20,000 nt of DNA from an uncultured virus (IMG/VR IMGVR_UViG_3300048890_000135) (lineage: Duplodnaviria; Heunggongvirae; Uroviricota; Caudoviricetes), in the IMG/VR virus record IMGVR_UViG_3300048890_000135, one strand, 5' to 3'. The position numbers and the translations under genes were made by a program. Shown here piece after piece: positions 8,389 to 15,676 of this stretch. The notes below the pieces were generated by a model, which saw nothing but the letters and a program-made list of their open reading frames with translations, was not told where the DNA came from and ran no database searches. How positions within the stretch are numbered: the first letter of the stretch is position 1; each line of letters starts with the position of its first letter.

Positions 8389-9156
8389 ATGTTCCAAAGA
8401 GCAGCCTTCCTGGGGCAAGTGAAGTTGGCCGCCCCTTTCCGCGGCCCTCTCCCAGCACGTCGTCTTGGCGGAATGCTCGAGGACTACAACAACGAAATCA
8501 ACGCTCTGAAGGACAAACTGAGCCGGCTTCGGCAGGAACAGAAGGAAAGGGAGGAGGCTCCTTTCAAAGGGCAGGAGGTTTATCATCCTCCACAGTATCC
8601 CCCAGCTCCTCCTCCGCCGCCTCCTCCGCCCCCTCCGCCCCCTCCGCCTGAGATTGTGAGCGGGGTTGACATGCCGGGGACCGGTATGCCTCCGATTTCA
8701 GTGGAGGCCGGGGATGAGATTCCGCCTCCAGTTCCAACGCTGCCGCCAGCATTCCCTGGAGGTCACGCTCCGGTTTCGACCGGAATTCCCTTTGGAGAAG
8801 AGGGGCATCCTCCGTATAGCTATCCGCCAGAGCCGACGCAAGAGCAGCTGGAAGATTGCCCCCGCGACACCGTGTGGGCCGCTCCAGGAGACTCCTGCCC
8901 AGAAGGGATGGAGAAGACGGTTCCCGGAAGCAACTGCTGTTACAAGTCGGTCGCATCCGTTCCCAAATCTCCCGCCTACGGTTCCTGGTACGGAGCTACC
9001 AGCTTCGGGACCACGCCGGTGGATTTGACCACCTCCGCTCAGAACTTCTCGAGCACCGCTTTTGGAGCGGAAGGCGCGATGACCGCACCCTCCTTCGCCA
9101 TGTCGGGCCAGCGTAGATATCCGGTGGTCAATCTCAGACATCTGAGGCGGATATGA
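8389..9156 (+). CDS. Pro-rich hypothetical protein with coiled coil, poly-Pro14 tract and small Cys-rich module
   Basis: Contains EINALKDKLSRLRQEQ, 14 consecutive Pro, and CPRD...CPEG...NCCY; its stop overlaps the next start (ATGA). Confidence 0.7.
   Translation: MFQRAAFLGQVKLAAPFRGPLPARRLGGMLEDYNNEINALKDKLSRLRQEQKEREEAPFKGQEVYHPPQYPPAPPPPPPPPPPPPPPEIVSGVDMPGTGMPPISVEAGDEIPPPVPTLPPAFPGGHAPVSTGIPFGEEGHPPYSYPPEPTQEQLEDCPRDTVWAAPGDSCPEGMEKTVPGSNCCYKSVASVPKSPAYGSWYGATSFGTTPVDLTTSAQNFSSTAFGAEGAMTAPSFAMSGQRRYPVVNLRHLRRI
8608..8649 (+). repeat. Poly-proline coding tract (14 CCN codons)
   Basis: CCT/CCG/CCC codons in frame with ORF 8389. Confidence 0.9.
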
Positions 9157-9464
9157 TCGGGCAAGCGGCGCGGTTTGGGCAGAATCCAGTCCTGTTCCAG
9201 CAGTGCATGGCTCTCTCGCAGGAGTGTAGAAGGATCTGCGATACCATCCCGCCGGCATCCATTGAGCCTAAGACGATCGACTCCCTTCAGGCGGCTTGCG
9301 ACCGATGCCTCGAGTACGGGATCTCCGAGAAGAGCGTCCAGGAGCTCGAGCAGGTCAAAGGGGAGCTCATTAATCTGACGGAGCCCACTGGAACGGACTG
9401 GGGGACGATTATCGGAGGCGGCGCAGTTGCCGGAGTCCTTGGGCTTCTCCTATTCGGGAAGTAA
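9153..9464 (+). CDS. Small Cys-containing protein with C-terminal transmembrane anchor (103 aa)
   Basis: Five Cys in a helical region; ends WGTIIGGGAVAGVLGLLLFGK; coupled to its neighbours. Confidence 0.7.
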   Translation: MIGQAARFGQNPVLFQQCMALSQECRRICDTIPPASIEPKTIDSLQAACDRCLEYGISEKSVQELEQVKGELINLTEPTGTDWGTIIGGGAVAGVLGLLLFGK

Positions 9465-10127
9465 GTGATCCCCGCCTACCACTGGGTTCCGAAAGAAGCA
9501 TTTCAAGAGATCTCGGACTCCGGAGAGATCATTCCGGCGATCGACCGACTCAACACGGAGATCTTTCACGAGAAGTGCTCGTCGGAGATGGAAAACCTTG
9601 CCCACCAGCTGAAAGGGAAGCTGGTCGATCCGATCGCCTGGAAAGGGCTCTTTCGGCTGATCGCCGATCGTATCGAGCATTTCGCGAGCGAGTCTCCCGG
9701 CTCCTTGCACACATTCACGCAGCTGGGCTGCATCGACCTTCTGGCGATGGACGCGGAGAACGTCTTCCTTCAGGTCGGACAATGGCCCGTGTGGGCCGGA
9801 AGGAATCCCACCGGATTTGTCTTCGACTCGGCGGATCTCATTCAGCGCGGAGCCTTCTTTAGGGAGAAGGATCTCGCGCCAGCCTACTGGGCGGGTCTCA
9901 AGAAGATCGTGATGAAGAAGTTCGAGACCGTCGACGCCGCGGAGGACGCCATCATTTCGATGTTTGGCGACATCCAAGAGAAGCACGACAAGACGGGAGC
10001 TGCGGCGGCGAAGGTGCTCAAGAAGCGCCACAGCAGATCGGAGCCGCCAGAGCTTCTCTGGCACGGTAGACTCCCCGTCTCCCTTGCGATAGACTGGATC
10101 TACGAGGGAGAAACCGCGAGGGTTTGA
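9465..10127 (+). CDS. Putative ADP-ribosyltransferase-fold protein (220 aa)
   Basis: AYHW...FQEISDSGEIIP (YH...I...G.I), then VFL, FVFD and a distal ELLWHGRLP, in the order expected for the ART-fold strands. GTG start directly follows the upstream TAA. Confidence 0.5.
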   Translation: MIPAYHWVPKEAFQEISDSGEIIPAIDRLNTEIFHEKCSSEMENLAHQLKGKLVDPIAWKGLFRLIADRIEHFASESPGSLHTFTQLGCIDLLAMDAENVFLQVGQWPVWAGRNPTGFVFDSADLIQRGAFFREKDLAPAYWAGLKKIVMKKFETVDAAEDAIISMFGDIQEKHDKTGAAAAKVLKKRHSRSEPPELLWHGRLPVSLAIDWIYEGETARV

Positions 10128-10669
10128 TGGCCGACGAAAAAGCCGCCCAGTGCTATAGCCTGGCCAAGCATGTCGAGCAGATCGACTGCGCCCTTCACGA
10201 TCTCAAGACAACCGTCCTGCCGAAGAAGGAGATGCGGCTCTTCAACGGTGTCGGAATGTCGCTCTACTCGCTTCAGGGGTCTGCAAAGAGCATCGGGAGC
10301 GCCCTTCCAGAGGTGAAGGCCGTCGCCGGAAAGCTTGCCCGACGCGCGAGGGATCTGGGGGAGATCGTTAAGCAGATCTCCACGGAGCCGGTCCCTCCGG
10401 TGATCGCGGAATTCATCAGGGACGATCTGGGGGCGCTCTGGGATCATCAGAGGATTCTTCTCCATGCCTCCGAGAAGGCCTGCCTTCGTCCTGGGGCTCC
10501 TGAGCCCGAAAAGATCACAGAGTCCTTCCGTCCGATTCCCCCTGACGTCAAGAAAGTCGCCGCCAAGATCCGTAAGGAGATCGACAGGAAGATCGCCAAG
10601 CGGAACCGGGAATATCAGCGGGAGATCAACCGTGCCATGAGGAAGTCCAGGAAGAAGAGAGGAAAGTGA
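10127..10669 (+). CDS. Hypothetical helical protein with very basic C-terminus
   Basis: TGATG coupling at 10125-10129; tail ...RAMRKSRKKRGK. Confidence 0.7.
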   Translation: MADEKAAQCYSLAKHVEQIDCALHDLKTTVLPKKEMRLFNGVGMSLYSLQGSAKSIGSALPEVKAVAGKLARRARDLGEIVKQISTEPVPPVIAEFIRDDLGALWDHQRILLHASEKACLRPGAPEPEKITESFRPIPPDVKKVAAKIRKEIDRKIAKRNREYQREINRAMRKSRKKRGK

Positions 10670-11487
10670 GATTTCCAGCAGGGGTACGGAAGGCGATCGA
10701 CCTCTATCGGGAGAAGATTGAAGCCGTCGCCGGGGGATGGGTGGATTGGCAGAATCCGTTCGGATGCGGAAGCTACGGATGCGTGTTTCCGCTCTGGACG
10801 AAGGATGTAGCTTACGACCAGCCCGGCGATCAAGCGCGGCCGTTGGATCGTGTCCTCAAGATCTCCACTGACCCCACCGAAGGGCCAGTTGTAAGTGCGA
10901 TCATGAAGACGAAGCTTGATAAGCGCCTCAACGGTCTTGCCCGTTGGTACGGGGTTTGGCGGATCCCGGAACCACTCCAAAAGGGCCCTCGAGGAACCGG
11001 ATGGGTGATCATCCGGGAAGAGGTTCGACCCTTCAGCTTCAGCGACTATTCGTTTGGAGGATTCTCAAGTCGTAGCACCTGGCTCGATGAGCTCCAGAAC
11101 TACAACAAGTACACGCGGCGGGGGCTCGAGGCAAAGACCGAGAGGGGAAGGGAAAGGAACTTCGACGAAGCTCAGCAGGCGATCGGGAAGCTTTATAACG
11201 ATCAGGGCACCTACTCTGTCGCCGAAGCCATTGAGTCTTTGAGGCGCGAGGACATCATCCTGGCTGACGTTCACCAGGGGAATCTCGGGACTCGGATCCA
11301 TCCGACCGAGGAGCAGCCGCTTCAGAAGGCCTGGTGGGAAGACCGGAAGGAGCGTCCGCCGCTTCTCATTTTTGACCCCGGCCATTCTTCGGCTCCGGAA
11401 GGAACCTCCGTGGAGGATCTCTGGGCGGTGACCGCCGCGGCAAATCCATGGATGGGCGGGGAGGCCCAGGGGATCGAGGTTCTATAG
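10666..11487 (+). CDS. Protein kinase-like (Ser/Thr kinase fold) protein
   Basis: GCGSYGCV Gly-loop, VLK Lys, helix-C Glu (TE), DVHQGN catalytic loop, and FDPG in place of DFG. GTGA overlap with the upstream gene. Confidence 0.8.
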   Translation: MRFPAGVRKAIDLYREKIEAVAGGWVDWQNPFGCGSYGCVFPLWTKDVAYDQPGDQARPLDRVLKISTDPTEGPVVSAIMKTKLDKRLNGLARWYGVWRIPEPLQKGPRGTGWVIIREEVRPFSFSDYSFGGFSSRSTWLDELQNYNKYTRRGLEAKTERGRERNFDEAQQAIGKLYNDQGTYSVAEAIESLRREDIILADVHQGNLGTRIHPTEEQPLQKAWWEDRKERPPLLIFDPGHSSAPEGTSVEDLWAVTAAANPWMGGEAQGIEVL

Positions 11488-11488
11488 C

Positions 11489-12145
11489 ATGTCCCCGATC
11501 GACACACCCGAATACAAGGCTGGATGGGCTTGGGCGACCGAGCACGGCCCGATGCTCGCCGAGCTCTTTTCGAACAAGGAAGTTTCGACGCCAGAGATCC
11601 GAGTCCGGCTCTTCCAGGAAGCTTCGCGCCGGTGGCCGTCGGATCCGGACGACCTTGCGAACGACCTCAAGCAGGTGTCCTTCGTCATGGGCGCCATGAA
11701 GGCCGCGATTAAAATGCTCGACGTCTCGCATGAGGCGCTCATCGCGGCGAATGAAGCAGGCCTCGAGATGTCCCAGCTATGGGTGACCGAGCGCGGGAAG
11801 GCTCAGGCGCTCGAGGCGATCAAGAAGAAGCCGGAGAGCTGGTGGCGGACGAAAATGGGCCACGCCACGCCCAACCAGGTGCTCGGGGCCCTTGCGTTCG
11901 CTTGGCGCGTCGACTGGGCGAAGGAGAAGAAACGGAAGAATCCGAGATCCCGCTGGGAAGTCCTGATCGACACGCTTGGCCCTCGGGAGCTCGAGATCTT
12001 GGCCGATGCAACCGCGATCCTAGAGAACCAGAACGGTCCCGAGCGTTTTGTTATCGACTCCCCGGACGATGCCTTTGAAATCATCTCGAAGCCTCAGTAT
12101 GAGGGAGGGCGGATGCTTCGCTATCCAGGAGAGATCGTCGGATGA
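11489..12145 (+). CDS. Hypothetical protein (218 aa)
   Basis: Tiles between its neighbours (1-nt gap upstream, ATGA overlap downstream); no motif recognised. Confidence 0.7.
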   Translation: MSPIDTPEYKAGWAWATEHGPMLAELFSNKEVSTPEIRVRLFQEASRRWPSDPDDLANDLKQVSFVMGAMKAAIKMLDVSHEALIAANEAGLEMSQLWVTERGKAQALEAIKKKPESWWRTKMGHATPNQVLGALAFAWRVDWAKEKKRKNPRSRWEVLIDTLGPRELEILADATAILENQNGPERFVIDSPDDAFEIISKPQYEGGRMLRYPGEIVG

Positions 12146-12528
12146 GTTTGCGGGTACTCGAGCCGGCAGGGCTTGTTCCGTGGGAAGATCTGGATAGTGA
12201 AGTCCAGGAAGACGTCCTAATCGGCATCAAGGCGAGAACCGGCATTCCAAAGGACTATACCCGGAAGAAATTCGACAGTGAACCCCCACTCCTTCAGCTC
12301 GTCAATGTCGATCCGTTAGAGATCGACGATCCGAATCAGAATCTCTCGGAAGGATTGATCGAAGACTACGCCAGCGCCATGAAGCGCCGCCGGAAGTTCC
12401 CGCCGATCGTCATCGACTCACGGCTTGGCCCCGTGGTCGCCCTCCTGGAAGGACGCCACAGGACGGCGGCGGCGATCATGGCTCGGAAGCCCAGGATCCT
12501 GGCGATCGACATCGCCCCGCTTATCTGA
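12142..12528 (+). CDS. ParB/Srx N-terminal domain protein
   Basis: IEDYASAMKRRRKFPPIVID...LLEGRHRTAAA. Confidence 0.8.
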   Translation: MSLRVLEPAGLVPWEDLDSEVQEDVLIGIKARTGIPKDYTRKKFDSEPPLLQLVNVDPLEIDDPNQNLSEGLIEDYASAMKRRRKFPPIVIDSRLGPVVALLEGRHRTAAAIMARKPRILAIDIAPLI

Positions 12529-12547
12529 GCCATTGTAAGATAGGAAT

Positions 12548-13099
12548 ATGCCGAAGAAGATCAGAAAGATCTGGGACTTTACAAACGAGGCTGGTCACTG
12601 CTTCGTCTTTGCAGAGATCGGCGCGAAGGGAAAATCCTACACGAGCACCCTCGGCATGTGCGACGATCCGGAGGTTAGAACGTTCGTCCGACTCTGGCGG
12701 GAAGGGTTCGTTAAGACGGATCAGGATATAGATTCCTATCTTCGGAAGCCGATCGAAGGCCTCCCGGGACCAGAAGGGGAGCAGGCCGCTCCAAGGCCCA
12801 TTGACATCGAAAGGGAACTCGAGCTCGCCAGAAATGTCTTCGGAAAGCTCAGGCCAGAATACAAGAGAGCTCTCCGCGCCGTTCTTTATCATCCGACCGA
12901 GGAGACTTGGGAGGAGGCCCATTCAATCATCGTCGGTGCCGACGGATGGATGACGCTCTGGCAGGCCGTGATTGCCGTCGATCCGACGTTCCCGAAAGTC
13001 GGCCCAAGAACAGATGCGCGCGGAAGGGTGGTGGAGCGTTGGCGTCGGATTCCAAGTCAGAACCTCCTTATGGCCGCGCTCCAATACGCAACCCATTAG
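12548..13099 (+). CDS. Hypothetical protein (Trp-rich C-terminal domain)
   Basis: PTEETWEEAHSIIV...TLWQAVIAVDPTFP resembles uncharacterised phage/plasmid proteins (recollection, unverified). Confidence 0.7.
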   Translation: MPKKIRKIWDFTNEAGHCFVFAEIGAKGKSYTSTLGMCDDPEVRTFVRLWREGFVKTDQDIDSYLRKPIEGLPGPEGEQAAPRPIDIERELELARNVFGKLRPEYKRALRAVLYHPTEETWEEAHSIIVGADGWMTLWQAVIAVDPTFPKVGPRTDARGRVVERWRRIPSQNLLMAALQYATH

Positions 13100-13109
13100 C
13101 ATCACGCTC

Positions 13110-13138
13110 TTGAAGTCTTGAAGTATACGGCGTATACT
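13110..13138 (+). promoter_or_regulatory. Sigma70-type promoter, probably giving a leaderless mRNA
   Basis: TTGAAG (13110-13115), 17 bp spacer, TATACT (13133-13138). The ATG lies 7 nt downstream with no SD. Confidence 0.75.
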
Positions 13139-13143
13139 TCAAG
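13117..13143. promoter_or_regulatory. 27-bp perfect palindrome, operator-like
   Basis: CTTGAAGTATACG-G-CGTATACTTCAAG, with an extra CTTGAAGT copy at 13109-13116. Confidence 0.8.
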
Positions 13144-13145
13144 CC

Positions 13146-13967
13146 ATGAAGTCCCTCCCGGAAAGCCAAAGGCCCCATAGAAGGTCGGATGGTACCCTCA
13201 TCTCGGACCCCTACGGCGCCGTCCGGATAGCCGCGACCAAGCGTTGCCGGAAGGATCCCATGCCGCTCGGGACGGTGGTGATTCGCTGCGAGATCGCCAA
13301 CGGGCGCCGGCGCTACACCCGTTTTATCAAGGTCAAGATGACTGGGCCGTACCAGAAGAAGTGGATTCAGTATTCGCGCTGGTGGTGGGAAAATAATCGG
13401 GGACCAATCCCTAAGGGCCAGCTCGTCCTTCGAAAGGACGGGCAGACATTGAACGACGCTCCCGACAACCTGATCCTGGGAACTCCAGGCATGAAGCTGG
13501 TACTCGCACATCAGAGGGATCAGGCCTGGTCGAGAGAGCAGCATGCGCGTGCTCGCGCTGGAACCGCCAAAGACAATCGTCGCAGAGGTCAAACCAACCG
13601 CTTCTGGAAATTCCTGACGAAATACTGGTATCCGGTGGTCGATTCGGTCAGTGTGATTCTGAACGTCCCATTCCGGAGGCGCAACAGGATCCTTCGGTGT
13701 TTCGGAGGGGATGTCTCGAGATATCCAAAGAACGGCCATGGCGAGGAGGTCGAGAGGGCCATCAAGTCTTCCAAGATCCGCCCCGTCAAGGGCTCCGAGC
13801 TTTCCATCATCCAATACGGCCACTATTGCGTGGTTGACCCGGAGACTAGGGAGTGTCGCGGGCCGATGTCGAGTACCTTGAAGCAGATAGTGGCTCAGCT
13901 TGAGAGGATGGGGATCTGGGAGACGGCCGAGAAGCAGGCGAAGAAACATTTCAGGGACAGAAAATGA
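13146..13967 (+). CDS. HNH endonuclease-like protein (degenerate motif)
   Basis: PLGTVVIR...IKV...KW...RWWWENNRGPIPKGQLVLRKDGQTLNDAPDNL resembles phage HNH_3-type proteins; very basic. Confidence 0.7.
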   Translation: MKSLPESQRPHRRSDGTLISDPYGAVRIAATKRCRKDPMPLGTVVIRCEIANGRRRYTRFIKVKMTGPYQKKWIQYSRWWWENNRGPIPKGQLVLRKDGQTLNDAPDNLILGTPGMKLVLAHQRDQAWSREQHARARAGTAKDNRRRGQTNRFWKFLTKYWYPVVDSVSVILNVPFRRRNRILRCFGGDVSRYPKNGHGEEVERAIKSSKIRPVKGSELSIIQYGHYCVVDPETRECRGPMSSTLKQIVAQLERMGIWETAEKQAKKHFRDRK

Positions 13968-14542
13968 AGCCCATCGCGAAGGAAGTCTGTTCGATCTGCA
14001 AGAAACCGTTTCGCGGCTGGGAACCTCTCTCGGATGGAAAGGGGAACCTTTTCCACAGGAAGTGCGCTCCAAAGCTCGATCATGAATCCTTGAAGGCCCA
14101 GACGGCGAGGTCGTTCGGCGAGCTGGGCCGGAAGAAGCTCAAGGTCGCGATCATTGTCGATTTCATGGGGACGAGCATCCAGTCCCCGGAAGAAGAGATC
14201 GAGGAGTACAAGAAGAAGTTCTCGGAGATTCTGAAGGACCACGCGCTAGAGTTCTCGACGCCCAGGTGCGTGCCACCGGACCTGTCGGCGGATCTTGTGA
14301 TCTATGACTTCGGCGGGATGATGCCGGGGACCTCCCTCATGGAGGACAACTCAAGAGCGGTTGTTCGGTGGGCGTCCGACCATCCCTCGGCGCTCGTCGT
14401 GGTCGTTTCGTCGCATACTTTCATGGCCTACGTGAAGCCTGAGATGGAGTCGCTCGGCCTGGACAAGGTGAAGAACGTCTGGGACTTCTATGACGGGGAC
14501 CAGGAAGAGAAGATCCCGGCGTGGTTCGCGGAGGCAAAATGA
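13964..14542 (+). CDS. Zn-finger (CxxC...HxxC) plus receiver-like domain protein
   Basis: CSIC...FHRKC, then KVAIIVD...ADLVIYDFGGMMPG...HPSALVVVVSSH. Confidence 0.6.
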   Translation: MKPIAKEVCSICKKPFRGWEPLSDGKGNLFHRKCAPKLDHESLKAQTARSFGELGRKKLKVAIIVDFMGTSIQSPEEEIEEYKKKFSEILKDHALEFSTPRCVPPDLSADLVIYDFGGMMPGTSLMEDNSRAVVRWASDHPSALVVVVSSHTFMAYVKPEMESLGLDKVKNVWDFYDGDQEEKIPAWFAEAK

Positions 14543-15027
14543 TCAGCATGAGACTCCAGGCGGCCTTGATGGGTCTCGGGAAGACCCTTCCGAAGCTCAA
14601 GTTCTTCGAACCTACCAAGAGGTTCCTGAAGTGGATGAAGGAGACCTACGGCGATCGCCTGATCTATGATGTCGGCGCCGGCTGCGGCCATGTCGCAAAA
14701 GCGCTCTCGGAGCTCGGGATGAAGGTCGTAGCGATCGACATCAATCGCAGGGAAGGTGGGGAAGAGTTCCCGGTCGAACTCTCCAATGCCGAGGCCTATA
14801 ACTACAAGGAAGAGTCCGTCGTCATGATCTGCAGACCCTGCCATGGGGAGTTCGCCGAGGAAGTGATCTTTCGGGCCGCCGAGTGCCACGCGAGATTCAT
14901 CATGTACGTCGGTCTCAAGAAAAACTTCAAGAACGATCTTGGGCCGCATTTTTCGAGCTTCAAGCCGGTCCTCAAAAATGCTGGCCTTGAAGGAGAGACC
15001 GTGCTCGTTTGGGAAAGGATCTTCTGA
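14539..15027 (+). CDS. Class I SAM-dependent methyltransferase
   Basis: Motif I IYDVGAGCGH and acidic motif II VVAIDI; ATGA overlap at 14539-14542. Confidence 0.8.
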   Translation: MISMRLQAALMGLGKTLPKLKFFEPTKRFLKWMKETYGDRLIYDVGAGCGHVAKALSELGMKVVAIDINRREGGEEFPVELSNAEAYNYKEESVVMICRPCHGEFAEEVIFRAAECHARFIMYVGLKKNFKNDLGPHFSSFKPVLKNAGLEGETVLVWERIF

Positions 15028-15287
15028 TGCCGAAAACCTTCGTGCTTACGGATTATTGGAACGAGAGACGGGACCATCGTCCATACAGGAATCATCTCCA
15101 CGATCCGAAGACCGACGAACTTATAAGCGACCAGAACGTTCTGGAGACGCTGATCAACGAGGCTGGCGCCGTTGACGGCGACGAGATTGAAATCGTCGTC
15201 CGGAAAACCGGGCGACGGCCTTTCGGAAATCGGAAGGTCCGTTTGGTCGAGCCCCACACCTATAAGAGAGAGCGCAGGTCGTCGTGA
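15027..15287 (+). CDS. Hypothetical protein (86 aa)
   Basis: TGATG coupling and GAAAGGA upstream; begins MPKTFVLTDYW. Confidence 0.65.
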   Translation: MPKTFVLTDYWNERRDHRPYRNHLHDPKTDELISDQNVLETLINEAGAVDGDEIEIVVRKTGRRPFGNRKVRLVEPHTYKRERRSS

Positions 15288-15538
15288 GAAATCTAGAGCA
15301 AGGCGAAGAGGTCATGCTTACCGGGCCCGCCGCGGCTTCGGCCCACAATGACGGCTTCAATCCTTACTACGGTCTCGTGGTGAAGGATCACGGCTGGAAC
15401 GTCGTCGACGCGGACCGCCAGGAGCTCGATATATGGGACGTGACCGTCCTATGGGAAGACGGGAAAGAGAGAACTCACCCGCGCAATACGCTTATGGCGT
15501 GGGCCGATGTTCCTGGTGCTCCGTCCAGAAGGTCGTGA
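15284..15538 (+). CDS. Small hypothetical protein, possibly an SH3-like beta-barrel
   Basis: GTGA overlap; pattern LEQGEEV...GLVV...VTVLWEDGKERTHP. Confidence 0.6.
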   Translation: MRNLEQGEEVMLTGPAAASAHNDGFNPYYGLVVKDHGWNVVDADRQELDIWDVTVLWEDGKERTHPRNTLMAWADVPGAPSRRS

Positions 15539-15563
15539 AACCGGCATCCGATCGGGGTACAAT
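15535..15563 (+). promoter_or_regulatory. Sigma70-type promoter
   Basis: GTGAAA-17 bp-TACAAT. Confidence 0.5.
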
Positions 15564-15586
15564 TCTATGGTCATCGCGAGGTGGCC

Positions 15587-15676
15587 ATGTTCAATCAGCG
15601 TACTACGAAGCCTCCGGTTAACGGCTTCATTCAGGTCAAGAATGCGATGGGGAGGACCGTAGGTCCGACCACTTAA
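15587..15676 (+). CDS. 29-aa micro-ORF not in the ORF track
   Basis: GAGGTGG SD-like sequence just before ATG 15587; MFNQRTTKPPVNGFIQVKNAMGRTVGPTT*. Its TAA abuts the in-frame ATG 15677. Confidence 0.5.
   Translation: MFNQRTTKPPVNGFIQVKNAMGRTVGPTT

Noticed and set aside
6826..12528. ParB domains as a ParABS partition system
   Set aside because: No ParA, no recognisable ParB HTH or dimerisation domain, and no parS array seen.
13117..13143. Palindrome as an intrinsic terminator or CRISPR repeat
   Set aside because: 1-nt loop, no U-tract, a single copy, and no spacers or cas genes.
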